Shown in pieces: positions 13,420 through 25,879 of a stretch of DNA of 64,000 bases. Made by a program: the position numbers and the translations under genes. The notes beneath the pieces were generated by a model that saw only the letters and a program-made list of their open reading frames with translations, had not been told where the DNA came from and made no database searches. Source of the stretch: Raillietiella orientalis. Taxonomy: Eukaryota. Position 1 is the first letter of the stretch, and every line of letters starts with the position of its first letter. The stretch spans positions 1-64,000 of the forward strand of contig JAYWIR010000056.1 in assembly GCA_036172245.1 (NCBI GenBank). The letters run 5' to 3'.

Positions 13420-13600
13420 AGTCAATCACTCTCCAATCCTGCAAATTGGCATACGGTACTGTCTTAAACGACTTATGAGCGCGTTTCAGCTTGTACAGGG
13501 AAAAACCCGGAAGCGTAGGTGAAATTAACGAAGACATGAGGTGCACATAGTGCAAAACGTGAAACATAAGACGCCAACCGTAACACTCTTGTCGTTTCAT
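13420..13600. repeat. Wolbachia-type dispersed short repeat (MITE/palindromic-element-like); related copies ~15090-15145, ~19255-19295, 22570-22702+23481-23600
   Basis: GCGCGTTTCAGCTTGTA here vs TACAAGCTGAAACGCGC at ~23510; GTGCACATAGTGC vs GCACTATGTGCAC at ~22685; AAAACTACTTGACAA shared at ~19255 and ~22575. Confidence 0.6.
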
Positions 13601-13689
13601 CTGCACACATGAAGATAACTGAATAGAAAATATCAGCCGATCATAGGAATAGAAATCACGAGAATTCTTATTTATTAACCCAACATCGG

Positions 13690-14447
13690 CCCCCGACGCC
13701 TTGGGATAGTGGTGCCCTCGCTTTGGGTTGGCAGGAGACAGCGCTGCTTGTGCTCCATTGGGGACTTTTGAGCAGAGCACGCCCGTCTCACTGGACATTG
13801 GGGAAATTGGATGCCCATTGTACAGAGTGTGGGGAAAGGGAAACCTTCCCCCACTTACTAATCGAGTGTGTTGCCCTCCGCCTCACGTGGGATGGACTCT
13901 CGTCGGCCATAAACGGACCGGTGGGCGACCCTAAAAATATTCTTCGGCGCCTCTTGATGCAGAACTCCCTGCCAGGTACCGCGTGTGTTGCAGTTCTCTG
14001 CTGCATACGGGGAATATTGGACAAGTGGAACGCGTCAATAAGAGGCCGCAGTAGTCGGAATGCCATCCACTGGGCAGTCATCTTCATGGAGAAGGCTTCC
14101 CGTTGGCGCCGGCTGAGTAAAATTCTGCCAGCACTTGTTCGCATCCGAAACCAGAGGCAGAGGCCTCCCCTCGGCGAACCGTGATCTCTTCCCTTTCCTC
14201 CTTACCCCATAAACATTGTAGCCCAAGCGTTTTTACTTTATTTTTGTTTTTATTTTCTCTTTTTCCCGTCCCCTTTGCCAGTGGAGAAGGCCTTCCCGGC
14301 ACTCAAGTCGGAAAAAACAAGTGCATAAGAAATAGGAACAATGTGTTCTGACAGGAACACAAATACAATTAATTAACAATTGACAGCAATTAATAACTGC
14401 TAATATGTTTTTTATATAATAAAAGCCCCTGCTTACCTGGGTGAAGG
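13690..14447 (+). mobile_element. Family C copy C1, 5'-truncated, with 16-bp TSD ATTAACCCAACATCGG (13674-13689 / 14448-14463)
   Basis: ORF2 C-terminus CTECGERETFPHL..RPPLGEP; terminal AATAAAAGCCCCTG-CTTAC-CTGGGTGA; exact TSD. Confidence 0.92.
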
Positions 14448-14569
14448 ATTAACCCAACATCGGTCAAAATTTTGTCTTCAATACAGGAAGAGTTTAAATA
14501 TTGCTTCAAGCCAGAGCTTGGAGCATAACCTTTTTTAAATTTATCTATGGCTTCAGGCGAAATCGTGCG

Positions 14570-14935
14570 TTGCTTTAATTAGTCCATAACACCTTCATTT
14601 TTTTGCACAAACCAGCAGTTTGCAGCTAAATTCAGCGTCGAAAACAGTTTGTGACTTTCTTTGGTAACACTGAGGTTTTTGGGTAACTCAACACCTACAA
14701 CTGATGCTTGCCTTTCCAATGCTTCTTTAAAGCTTAGCCCTTCAGGTTGGGAGATAAACTCAAACACATCGCCATGAGCAGAGCAGCCAAAACAGTGATA
14801 CGATCCCCAAAATCGTATTACTCACAAAGAAAGACGGCGTTTTTTCATTATGAAATGGACAAAGTCCCACGAAATTATCTCCGCTTTTTGTCAGCCTGAC
14901 TTTCTTACCTACTATGTCAGATAGTAACAAGTCTA
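14570..14935 (-). pseudogene. dnaG: DNA primase N-terminal zinc-binding domain fragment
   Basis: [43 protein letters not shown]. Confidence 0.88.
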
Positions 14936-16404
14936 CAGGATTTTATAATATTTATGTAATCCATCTTACTTGTCGAGTGAGTGGTAGGATAAAAATTATA
15001 CAGAATTTTCTGCTGCCCTGGCTCGAAATTTATTTCAAGCTTCAGGGCTCCCAAAAGGTCCAAAAAAACAAAACTTCTACTAGACCATGGTCTTGTAGAC
15101 CAAGTTTTCCTGTCATTTCAACCTGCACAGATCGGGAATTCAAACAAATAGCTTCAATAGAAACAACCAAAGAAGGTAAAGGAAAAACATCAGCGAAAGA
15201 AAAAGAAGCAACCGAAGAAGTGCATGAAATTATAGAAATAAAGGTGGATGCAAAAGGAAGATATCAGATCGTCGTCGTTTCAAGTTATCTTCTCGACTTC
15301 CCATCTGGTGTTGCAAGGCCAATCCCTCTAACCAAGCAAGAGCCTGATCTTTTGCCGAAACCTCTGGCAAATTTGGTGCAGCGTGTGCAAGGATATGTTG
15401 CAAGTGAGGAAAATAGTGGGAGCAAAAGAAACACAAATGAACGAAAATAAGGAAGCAACATAGCCAGCACGGGAACCAGATGTAGCCGCTCGTCCACCTG
15501 CCCCGAGGCAAGAACCGAGCAAGGAGACGCCACTACTGATTAGAAATGTAGTGGATAATAGTATAAGAGACCAGTTGCATGACTACGATGATGACACCAG
15601 CATACAAGGCATGCCAACAGCAAAGCTGATTGATAAGCAAAATGTAAAAATTGGTGATAATACCGACGCAGAAGAAGCAAAACCAATTGACATAGCTAAA
15701 ACTTACGGAAAACCTTTTGCTGGAGCTTAACCAGCGCTTCGTTCTGTACATGTTTGAGTCCAAAGGAGGTTATAAAGGACAATACCGGTCATGAATATAA
15801 AATGTAAAAAAAAATTCTTGCATTTATGATTCATTTGTAATACATAGGTATTCCATAATTTGTAAATGGAGGGGTCTATGGATAAAAGAGCAAGCTCCAG
15901 TTCACAAGAGTCTCGTTTTCGTATAGGCACATATGATTCTGCTGCTCGGATGGCAGCTAATCGCGGGACAGGTGGTGGGGGACGGACGGTACGTGCATGG
16001 AGACCCCAGTAAGTTTGAAAAGTGTCATAACTATCCTTATGCAGGGATGAGTGTCACTAAAGCTGAGAGGGCTCAAAGTAGTTGTCAGAAAAATCAATAA
16101 CTATTTTAATAGGGGGGAGTTATGACTGTATATAATTTAAATTCCGTCTTGGAGCTGGTTAATGCATTTACCATTAATAAGTATGGCTCTAAAGTCAACA
16201 CTAAGTTTCGTTGTCGAAGGCGGCAATATCACTGTCAAGTTTAACTGTGATATTGACTCTGCAAATAGGTACTCATAACAGATGGCAAGAGACTTAGTAA
16301 GAGAATGTTTTTCTGATGAGGATGCAGCTAGTAATATTTTTGATCTTGAGCCTTTTCCATTTCATTTCCATAAGAGATGGTTAAAGTATGACTAGAGGAC
16401 AGGA

Positions 16405-16788
16405 ATGACTAAGCTTACAGTTCCCATAGACCCTGGGGTAATCTTTAATCTCAAAGTACACTTTGCCGAAGAGTGTAGAATTAATGTAGAAAGACAAATG
16501 AGTAAGGAAATTTACAAAGATGCTCAGTGTAATATTAGTAAAAAACTTATTGAAGAATTTTTAAACGACAATATACAACGATTAGCAATAGGCCCATCAT
16601 CTCCTTATATAAAATGCCTGTTTTTCAATGACCCAGGTACACAAGAGCATTTCAAACAAGTGCTTCAGGCGAAAATGCAAAAGCACAGATATGATTATTT
16701 AGATTTCCATCACATTGACGGCAATAATATGTACTTTAAAGATGTTGAAAATGTTGCCTTCATCAAAAGTTGTAACAGAACTTTTTAA
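16405..16788 (+). CDS. Wolbachia-like hypothetical protein (fragment)
   Basis: 127-aa AT-rich ORF in the nuwt; no recognised motif. Confidence 0.35.
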   Translation: MTKLTVPIDPGVIFNLKVHFAEECRINVERQMSKEIYKDAQCNISKKLIEEFLNDNIQRLAIGPSSPYIKCLFFNDPGTQEHFKQVLQAKMQKHRYDYLDFHHIDGNNMYFKDVENVAFIKSCNRTF

Positions 16789-16959
16789 AAAGAGGATAGG
16801 GTATCATCTTCGCCTTCCGAGCAGTGATAATTGAAAAGTTAGAAACATTAAAGACGTTAATCTTTCGCTTAGCTGGAATATCGATTTGTGGGTACTATCG
16901 TGATAAGTTTTATTGATGAAGATGGAATAAGTATTGGAGAGCGCTTATGCAACATCACA

Positions 16960-17417
16960 TGATATTTTCTTGTTCAGTAATGGAGAATTTATTACACGGC
17001 AAAACAGATGCCGAATGTGAGGAAGTGAGAAGAGCAGCCATCAGTGCTTATGCAATGGAATTCATTGACAAGCTGCCCGATAAGTTTGACACATTTGTAG
17101 GGGAAAGAGGATTGAAGCTTTTCGAAGGACAAAAACAGGGTATTATAATAGCGAGAACCATACTCAAAAATCCTCAAGCCTTAGTGCTGGATGAGGCAAC
17201 CTCTGCCCTTGGTTGCAAAAGTGGAGACTTCGTACAAAAAGCACTGAGCAAAGTAATGCAAAACAGAACAACGATCGTAATCACACACAGGCCATCAACC
17301 GCACTCAAAACTGACAAAATTATAGGGGTTAATCACGGAGGAATAGAAGAAGTGGGAACTCATGAATCTCTAATAAGCAAAGATGGACTATATGCAAAAT
17401 TGGTGCGCTATGCATGA
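16960..17417 (+). pseudogene. ABC transporter (MsbA/ABCB type) nucleotide-binding domain C-terminal fragment
   Basis: VGERGLKLFEGQKQ (degenerate signature), LVLDEATSAL (Walker B), IVITHR, GTHESL. Confidence 0.88.
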
Positions 17418-17436
17418 TGCAAATTAGACTCTAATA

Positions 17437-18246
17437 ATGATGAATTCAGATGAAGGTGCTCAATCAACTTCTGAAACTTACAAATTAGGGACACCTTATA
17501 CCAGAAAGACACGTACATATAACTATATACATTTGACCAGAGCATTGGAGATTCTGAGTGACCCATCCTGGTCACATACAAATAAGGAGCTTTTTTTGGA
17601 TACAAGTGCTGAAGAAACCAAGAGATTTGTAAGTTCAGTTCAAAAAGGACTTGCTGAATATACAGGTAATGATTCTGTAGATGTGAGATTGAGAGGAAAA
17701 GAAGATAAATCATTTACTGCATGGGTATCGTTAAAAGACGGCAAAGGTGAGTTAAAATTTGATAGCTCATTTCCTGGTTAGGCCTTAAAGGATAGTAATC
17801 CAAAGATTGAAGCTTTCACATTGGTATCTCCAGAAGATAAAAGGTCGGTGCGTGTTTCACAAAATGACGATGGCGTAAGGCTTTATCCAATACTCAATGA
17901 GTCAATGAGTTCAATTCAATTTCACTGGAAAGTGGATGATAGAGATTGCAGTATTACTTTAAATATTAGTGGAGATGGTAACGTATTCTGTACTGATTTA
18001 AGTGGCAATACAAGCCTTGAGGACTTGAAGAAAAACAAAGCTGTAAAAATAAAAGTTGGTTGTTACGAGAAGAAGGAGATAGATGAATATAATGACATGA
18101 CTCTAGCAAAATTGGCCTCATTGGCTTCAAACTTACAAGAAATTGAAAGAGAAGTAGTAACGATCAATCCATCAAGGGCAAGCGCACAGGATGTTAGTGA
18201 ATCGCAGCATCCTCAAAATAGTAGGCAGGAATTGCTAGCTCATTAA
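17437..18246 (+). pseudogene. Wolbachia-like hypothetical protein, internal stop at 17781
   Basis: Two in-frame ORFs (17437-17781, 17821-18246) followed by a terminator-like hairpin. Confidence 0.5.
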
Positions 18247-18251
18247 TCATT

Positions 18252-18294
18252 ACTACACATACACTGTTGCATGTGGCAACGGTGTATGTATAGT
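18252..18294 (+). terminator. Long inverted repeat, bacterial terminator-like
   Basis: ACTACACATACACTGTTGC / GCAACGGTGTATGTATAGT just after the stop at 18246. Confidence 0.55.
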
Positions 18295-18505
18295 GACGAG
18301 TCAACCAAAACTCCAATACTAAGTCACAGCTTCTTACATAATCCCAAAACTAAGCAGAAACATAAACAAAGCTTCCCTGGCCGAAATTCTAAACGTAGCT
18401 AGGATGAGTAAAGAATTAGCAAAAGCTGTTCTTAAACACTTGAAGGATAAAAAGTAAACTGTATCCATTCAGGGGCGCGTGGTGGACATTGAAGCAAAAG
18501 TGGTG

Positions 18506-18780
18506 TTATGTAAGTAGCTGGTTTTGTACAAATAAACTTGCTTGAGAAAAGTCGATCTGTCCTGTACATCCATAAAGTAGTGACATTCCGTACAACATGA
18601 CGCAGGAAGATAACGCACTGAGCGTAAAATATTTCACCCCTGCTTCGCATGAATAAACTGAATCTTTATTAAAGCTTGCAAGAACATATAAAGGTATGCT
18701 CATCAATTCAAAAGCTAAATAAAAAGAAATTAAATTATTTGCTGGAACCAGAGTAATCATGCCAAACAGCGCAAAAAGAA
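18506..18780 (-). pseudogene. nuoN: NADH-quinone oxidoreductase subunit N fragment
   Basis: ANNLISFYLAFELMSIPLYVLASF..SCEAGVKYFTLSALSS..LYG. Confidence 0.88.
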
Positions 18781-18984
18781 TCGGAGGCCCTCTTCGGAGT
18801 CCTTGTGGTTAAGGCTTCCGCGTGTGGGACCCCGGGTCGCGGGTTCGAATACTTCGGAAGAAACTCTGTCGCCACTGCGTCGTCGGGTTCCGAGTTTCTC
18901 CTGCAATATGGCGCTGGCTGGCCGAGACATTCGGGCGTGGCCCCGGTGGTGGATTAAGCCGGAGGCCCCGCCCGAAAAAACGTA

Positions 18985-19160
18985 AATCCTCACTAGACGC
19001 AGTGGAATGTGCAGAAGGGAAGAGGGGTAAAGTCGTTGCTGAAGCTGCTCTAATTAAGAGGAATAGTGAAACAAAATTACCTTTTGCTGTTATATCTTTG
19101 CTTGAGCTTAGCATTAAAAACTACAGCGAGGCGGAGCTTCCTGAAAAATCGAGAAAACTG
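18985..19160 (+). pseudogene. pyrE: Orotate phosphoribosyltransferase C-terminal fragment
   Basis: KSSLDAVECAEGKRGKVVAEAALIKR..LPFAVISLLELSIKNY. Confidence 0.6.
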
Positions 19161-19309
19161 CCCGTAACCAAGCCAGGGAGCCGGGAATATCTAAGTGATT
19201 ATGCAAAGTAATCCTATTTTCAATGTCATCCAAGTAGCATAGAAACAGAGCAAAAAACTACTTGACAACCTCCGCCAGCCCCCTCACAATAGAGTGGTTA
19301 CTACAGTTC

Positions 19310-19575
19310 CACGCCCCGAAAATACATCTTCTATTGGCATTGAAAATGGCAAATCCACAGGCTTCGGCTGATCAGGCACATACTCATCTAATGCTTTCAT
19401 CAATTTTATCCATTGATTTTTTTCCATATTCACTATTTTCGTCACCTTCCAGCACTTTCAATGCCGAACCCACAACATCTGGTACTTCATCTCCAGGAAA
19501 GCCATACTCTGTTGACAATTCTCTGACTTCCATCTCCACCAAACCAATCGTATCGTGATCAGCAGCATCAGCAGA
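19310..19575 (-). pseudogene. tuf: Elongation factor Tu fragment
   Basis: [26 protein letters not shown], then [19 protein letters not shown] after a frameshift. Confidence 0.92.
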
Positions 19576-20116
19576 GAACATGAAGCTTTTCTGTATGTAG
19601 ATGAAGAATATGCAACAGGTATTATTGGTCACAATGGGTATGGATTATCTACCAGTATTAATCTTCAGGAAATTCCACATTTAATCCCAGGAACTTTTAG
19701 TAAAGCCCTAGGAATTTGGTAGCTAATACTCAACTTAAAGGAAGAAGGAAATTCTTCCTTTAAGATCTTCCTCCTTGTCTCCCACCGATATACTAATTTT
19801 TTTATGGGGTTATTCACGGCATTATGGATAACCCAGTTGATAACCTGAATGCATAAGATTCTGTCACTTGAGAGTTTTTGAGCATTAATCTGGAGGCTCA
19901 TATTCTCCATAATGTACAGTATGTAATTTCTAATACTAAGGAAACCATTCCCGAACCTTTTAGACAGCTAAACTATTTCTTCTCTTAAATAAGAATAAGT
20001 TGCCTATACAGAAAAAGATTGGCAATATTTCAAGCTTTCCAAGCAGCATTAAAAACGACAGAGATAGTTTCACTCCACCGCTCAAGGAGGGATAATTACC
20101 CGAAGGACCAATTAAG

Positions 20117-20265
20117 TTGCTGCAAAAAGAACGCCAGGAAAAGAAAAATGAAATAGAGCTGCTGACAAAAGCTGAGGAGAGACTCACGAATGCTTTTAAA
20201 GCACTGTCTCTTAATGCCCTGCAAGAGAAGAATAATAACTTTTTGAACTTGGCAGAGGAAGTAAT
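20117..20265 (+). pseudogene. rmuC: DNA recombination protein RmuC fragment
   Basis: LTKAEERLTNAFKALSLNALQEKNNNFLNLA. Confidence 0.7.
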
Positions 20266-20267
20266 TT

Positions 20268-20442
20268 GCTCGAGTGGTCCATTGATTAGTCAAGAGCACG
20301 TAATACCTAAGCTTGTTAGGATCACCATCATTAAAGAGTTAGGGCCAGCTTTAATCAGCTTGGTAATGGTAGGAAAAGTTGGATCATCAATTGCGGCAGA
20401 AATCGGCACAATGCGCATCACCGAACAAATGGATGCACTTAC
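20268..20442 (+). pseudogene. mlaE: MlaE-family ABC permease fragment, joined in frame to the rmuC piece
   Basis: IIKELGPALISLVMVGKVGSSIAAEIGTMRITEQMDAL. Confidence 0.85.
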
Positions 20443-21294
20443 AACCCATTTACTCCTCCAGCAGCCACGTAAATTTTTGAAGTACTGATCAACATGCTTC
20501 GTCTGACTAAACTTCTTTCCCCATACTCAACTGATTCAAGCCCACGGTTTTTTATGATAAGATGCCATTCTTCCATGCCCAGTTTTGTTATATCCAACCC
20601 CTTTAAGTTTACGATACCACAAACTCCTGCCTTCACATTTAAACCCCATTTGAGGTACTCGGATAAACCTGCTGTAAATGAAGAGAGCGCAGGTGCGAAT
20701 GACTTGAAAGCTTGTCTTTAGGCTTCGTATTGAAAGAATCTTTACTAAAAGCGTAGCCAAACCTCAAATCTATCTTTCCCTTCAGTTCTGCATAAAATAT
20801 TCCCTTATCCAGAATTACCCAAGCGTCAGCACCATTTCGCGAGAATGATAACGAAAGCATCGCTCTTGCATGCACATCGTCAGTCTTTGCCAAAGTCCCA
20901 TGGGATAGAATGAAGTCTCCAACTTGACGAGTGTTTGCACGGTGTACAGCAATGTTTCTGTTAATAAGAAGATACAAAAAATACCTCCTGTGGCTTCTCA
21001 ACCATGGAATTAGGAAGGATATCGGAAAATTTCCGGTAGGATTGCTTCCAACCAGCATAATTCTTGCCAAATTCGATGACACCTTTTCGTGCGATTAAGT
21101 GCAGTTAACACGTCTCACCTATAGGGAAAAGTCTCGAATAGTGGTACCTTATCTGAATTTAATGGTGGTTTATTGGTAAAAGGGGATGATTTCGAGTCGT
21201 TTATTTCATGCTTTTCCCCTTCCATAAAGATGAAAGAAAGAGAAAAAAATCAATTTACAATGAGTTTCAGATTACACCTTGTGCCCAGGATACT

Positions 21295-21790
21295 GCCTGC
21301 TAAAGTTATGAGCAAATCTTTATCTGATCCATCCTTTGGTGCACCAAGTGCTCCATTTGAAAGGGAAATAGGTGACGGTTATCAGTGCTTCAGCTTAGAG
21401 GATCGCAGTGAAGAGGTGCTATCTAATGGAGTAAAAAGTGCTGCATCGATAGTAAATCATTTTATTGATGCAAAGTTGAAAGAGCTTATCTTAAATGACG
21501 CACAGCTTCCTTTGATTGGGTTTTCCCAAGGGGCAATGCTTGCAATGCACACCGCTCTTAGCCGCTCTCAATCTTGTGCATCGGTTGTTGCATATTCTGG
21601 TAGGTTTCTTTTGCCTTCAAAAGTTGGCACCAGAGATCAAATCAAAGCCCAACATGTGCATTATCCACGGTGATGCTGACGATGTAGTACCTTTTTCTTC
21701 TCTTGACTTGGCAGTTAAAGCTCTGAGGGAAAATGGAATAAATGTTGAAGGACACTTAATTCATGCGTTGGCCCACATTATCAATGAGTA
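21295..21790 (+). pseudogene. Phospholipase/carboxylesterase (alpha/beta hydrolase) fragment, frameshifted
   Basis: APSAPF, IGFSQGAM nucleophile motif, IIHGDADDVVP. Confidence 0.85.
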
Positions 21791-21936
21791 AATTTCAAGC
21801 TTTTATCTTTATGTTTTGGATCAATTATGTAATATTTACCGCTCACCGCTTTAGTAAAAATTATTGACTTTCCAGTGTTGCCTAATATGACAATTCTAGG
21901 ATCAAATTTTCTTGACTCTGACAACAGGAAGCTAAT

Positions 21937-22088
21937 CTTTCACCCGAGTAAGCCGGGGCTTTTATTATTTCAAGAACACTTTTGCAATTATTAATTGCTG
22001 TCAATTATTAATTAATTGTATTTGTGTTCCTGTCTGAACACACTGTTCTTATTTCTTATGCACTTGTCCTTTCCGACTTGAGTGCCGG
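21937..22088 (-). mobile_element. Family C 3'-tail-only copy (~150 bp)
   Basis: Reverse complement matches the C1 3'UTR (~14296-14447) and ends AATAAAAAGCCCCGG-CTTAC-TCGGGTGAAAG. Confidence 0.85.
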
Positions 22089-22089
22089 T

Positions 22090-22490
22090 ATGAAATAAGA
22101 AAATGCTAATAGAAATAAGTATTGATGACTGAGTAAGAGCAAAACCGATTGCAGGTGACATAAAAGGTGTGATACAGGGAATTGCAACCAACGTTAAAAG
22201 CATTCCACCAAGAAAACTGCTACTGGCTAGAACGAGAAAATATGAGAGGAATGTCAGACGAGCCACAGAAGCATAAGCCTATAGCAAACATTACATATAG
22301 TAATATTAGTACAAAAACGGGAGATTGTATATGAAAACCCAAGTCCATTGCATAACCTATTTTACGTAATGTTAATAGCATTAAGGACAATATCAACATG
22401 CTGGTCAATACTCCAAGTGTGTAGGCTATAAAAATTGCTTTGATACAGCCTCCTGTTCCAATTGAAAGCGATAATGGAAGCAATGCACCA
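22090..22490 (-). pseudogene. DsbD-like thiol:disulfide interchange membrane protein fragment
   Basis: LRKIGYAMDLGFHIQSPVF..; SFLGGMLLTLVAIPCITPFMSPAIGFAL. Confidence 0.65.
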
Positions 22491-22702
22491 TCTTCCTCTG
22501 TAAAAAATGAAGACGGTAATTTTTCTGACTTAGAAACGCTAAAGCATTAGCATACTGAGCTTCATTTAGGTGAAAACTACTTGACAAATTCCTCCAGCTC
22601 CCTTATAATGTTTGTTTCACTCCCCAATCTGTGCAGGTTAAAATGACAAGAAATATGTTTATGTTTCATTATGTTTCATTTTTCGCACTATGTGCACTGC
22701 AT

Positions 22703-23463
22703 TTTCCCCAAAACCCACAAGGGGTGGGGTGAATTTGTTTTCTTTTAAATCTCATTCATTCCACAATCACATTCATGCAACATACCATTACTTTATCACT
22801 TTGAATTCCTTGGTGGTATCAGAAGTTCTGCTTTCAGGGTGGGTTTCCAGATGTTTGGTCCCGGACGTCGTCTTCAATCCTCTCCAGGATGAATCGGTGC
22901 GTGCAGGCATGGAGTCGTCCACAGTTCCTGATGCCGATTTCCTTCTTGATGAGTCCTTGCAGGATCTCCATCGGGGGTACAGCTCTTCTGGCTTTCCTCA
23001 TCTTCCACCACAGCACAAGTATGGCGGTGATGAAGAGGGCGATGGTCGTTCTTACCATGGGATTGTAGCAGGGAACATTACCATCTCCCTGGAACATCCC
23101 CGCGAGGATTCCCATTACGGACTTGTTGTTGAGTCCTATGATCCTTTTCAGGATCAGCCAGTCGTGTAGCGATGTGGGACACGTCAAGATGTGAAGTCTC
23201 GTTTCGATGTCTCCACATGCCGTGCATCTTCCCGTCTTCGCGTAAAGTGCTTGAGCCTGGACCCGCTCTGAATTCCTCCATGATAGAATATCAGGAGGTC
23301 GTCCTGGGTGCCCGGCGGAAGGTCACTCCTCCACAGGGTTGTGCCGATCGCTAACAGGTGGATCCTGTCACTCCCGTAGCGATCGGCGGCTTCCTGGAGG
23401 GCACTGGTGTCATGGTCCTGGTCCTTGATAATCTTCCGGAGGTTCATCTTGGTTACCCTAAAC
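22703..23463 (-). mobile_element. Divergent L1/Tx1-like family F, 5'-truncated, 17-bp TSD CACTATGTGCACTGCAT (22686-22702 / 23464-23480)
   Basis: Exact TSD; GC-rich insert with an ORF2-C-terminus-like frame; splits a Wolbachia-type repeat. Confidence 0.8.
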
Positions 23464-23666
23464 CACTATGTGCACTGCATGTCTTTTTAAAACTTCGGAT
23501 TTTTACCCATACAAGCTGAAACGCGCTTATAAGTCGTTTAAGACATCACCCAACGCCGGATTTTAAAATACAGAGTGGAATAACTAGCTACCTCGGTGTT
23601 TTATTGTCTTTTTCTTCTGTCTGGTAAATTTCTTGAATATTATAGCTTGGACTAGCGTCCTAAATG

Positions 23667-23999
23667 TTAACTCCATTCTTGATTGGCAATTTTATCTTTG
23701 ATCAGTTCATCTATTGTATAATCGTCTGGTATTCTGAGTAGTGATTCAACAAGGCACATCAGCGCTATTCCTTCGGCATTGGAAAGCGAATATTGCTGCA
23801 TAAAGGAATCTATAATATCTAATTTATTGCCCTTAATTTTTTCGACGACTTGTTTTGCAATATTGTGAATTCTGTTTTTCGAATCAGCCGAACGTTCTGC
23901 CTTTTCTACAAGATAACGTACACAAATTTTTTCATCAGTACGATAAAATCGCTGCAAACGTTTTCGCAATTCGTTAGGCTCTTGTATAGAACTGATCAT
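23667..23999 (-). pseudogene. putA: Bifunctional proline dehydrogenase PutA N-terminal fragment
   Basis: FMQQYSLSNAEGIALMCLVESLLRIPD..TIDELIKDKI. Confidence 0.9.
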
Positions 24000-24790
24000 A
24001 ATTATCTACAAAACACTCTTTACCATGTGTAAGGTAAAATTATATCATAACTTTGCGTAGAATAAATTATTATTTATAAAAGACCAGGAACCTAAACGTA
24101 AGCTATGTGAATCATAAAGCTTAAATGAAGTTTTGTGAGGAACCAATAAGAAAGCTCCCAATGTAACTCACTCATTTTTTATTTTCGATCCACTTATTAA
24201 AATCTTCTTTACTTACTGCCTCAACAACAACTGGCATAAACCCAAGACCTTGACCATACAGTTCATAGCCTGAATTATCTTGACTCTTCCCTAAACCATC
24301 TGAGTACCTATTTCACGGTTTCTATGAGTCGGTAAAGCTCCATCGCTATAGAAACCAGCTATGCTGTCCTGAATGCAAAAGCCGCATGTTCCAGCAATTT
24401 GCTTGTTGAGTGCTGCAAGAAAAAATCTTCATCCAGAGTCTTTATCATGATAACTTGATAATCCGCGAAAAAACGTGCTGACAATTCCATACTGTTGTGA
24501 TAAAAATTCTTAGAGGCACCACCTATTGGCATAATGGTTGAGGTAACGAAATGAGGTAAAACGTAATAAGCTCTGAAAAGAAAGCCGTAATCATCGATGA
24601 TTGTGAAAGTTTTTTCTTGCTTTGTAGATATTTATGTGTGCCTTTGATAGTCTATTATTTGGATGCAAAAACCAAGCCTTTGTTTCTACTTTTGAGTATA
24701 GCAAGAGACTTTGCCAAAAATAATACTCATGCATAGTTGATAGCCATCATTTAAAATTAAGTTATACTGGTAACGAATTGAGGGTTTGAA

Positions 24791-25860
24791 ATGAGTAAAA
24801 AGGTGGGAAAATCAAAAAGGTCGAAATCAGCTGGTCAGCCTGTAAAGGCTGTCAGGAGCCCCATTATTTTTGACTCCGCTTCAGCCAAAAGTGAAACAAC
24901 ACCAATAAAAGTTATATCAAAAGCTAAAACCGAAATAGCCGAATTTCTGGAAAAGATAGAACCCACTTCTTGCCAACTTTTAGCACTGACTCTGATGCAG
25001 TATCAATATCAAGTGATAGTGGAACATCGTCAAGCTCCAGCACGATAAGTGACAGCGAAATGCTTGATACAAGCTCCATATCCAGTAAAAGCGAGATACC
25101 GTACCATGCAGTGAAAGATGACAAATATCAACAACAACTGCAGAACTCAGGCCAGCAAAAGTTTACTGGAATTGGAAGGAGTGGCAGGAAGGTGCTTAGC
25201 CAAAAAACGCCAAAAAAAGTTCCAACTATTTCTAAAAAGCCAAATAACTCTACTACATTCAAGAAAGAGTTTTCTCAGACAGAAAGCAAACCTCAGAAAA
25301 AAGTTGAGCAAACTGTTAGCCTTGATGATCGAATTGAAGCTCTACAGAATAGACAAAATGCTCTGCAGCAGAAGCTCACTCGCCTCTTAAGAAGCAGAGT
25401 AAAGCATTTATATTTATAAAGTCCAAAGAACAGAAAGCTAAGGAGAAGGGGCTGAATTCTCAATTAGAGGAAGTAACAAAAGCTAGATGGAGAGTTGAGC
25501 TTGCTAGAAAGTTTGAAAGTGACAAAGACTCGAGAATTTTAGATTTTGTAAATAAATCTCGTGATGCAAGTTACTCTAATAATAAACATCTAGAGGGAAT
25601 AGATAAAATAGTACAAGAGCATTTTCGGCAGTATGGACACTATACATGCGATTACTGTAATGACTTTCAGAATTCAAGATCTTTTGTGTACAAATCTCTT
25701 CAGGAAATCTTAGATAGAGCTAATCCTATGTATGAAGATAAACAAATCTTGCTCAGATATGATGCATAGCAGGTTAAAAGTCTATTGCAAAGTGGTAACA
25801 TAAAAGAGAAAGAAGACAAGAGAGCGCTAAAAGAGATATATGAAGAAAAGAACCCTCTGA
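24791..25860 (+). pseudogene. Ser/Lys-rich coiled-coil Wolbachia-like hypothetical protein, frameshifted
   Basis: Overlapping ORFs 24791-25048 and 24970-25419 with further broken frames downstream. Confidence 0.45.
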
Positions 25861-25879
25861 GTTTTCTAGCACGGTTTGA

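Noticed and set aside
12638..13798. 386-aa ORF as a real gene
   Set aside because: It runs across antisense C1, Wolbachia repeat DNA and an ORF1 fragment; accidental read-through.
21930..21965. Bacterial terminator or sRNA (hairpin plus T-run)
   Set aside because: It is the reverse complement of the family C retroelement 3' terminus.
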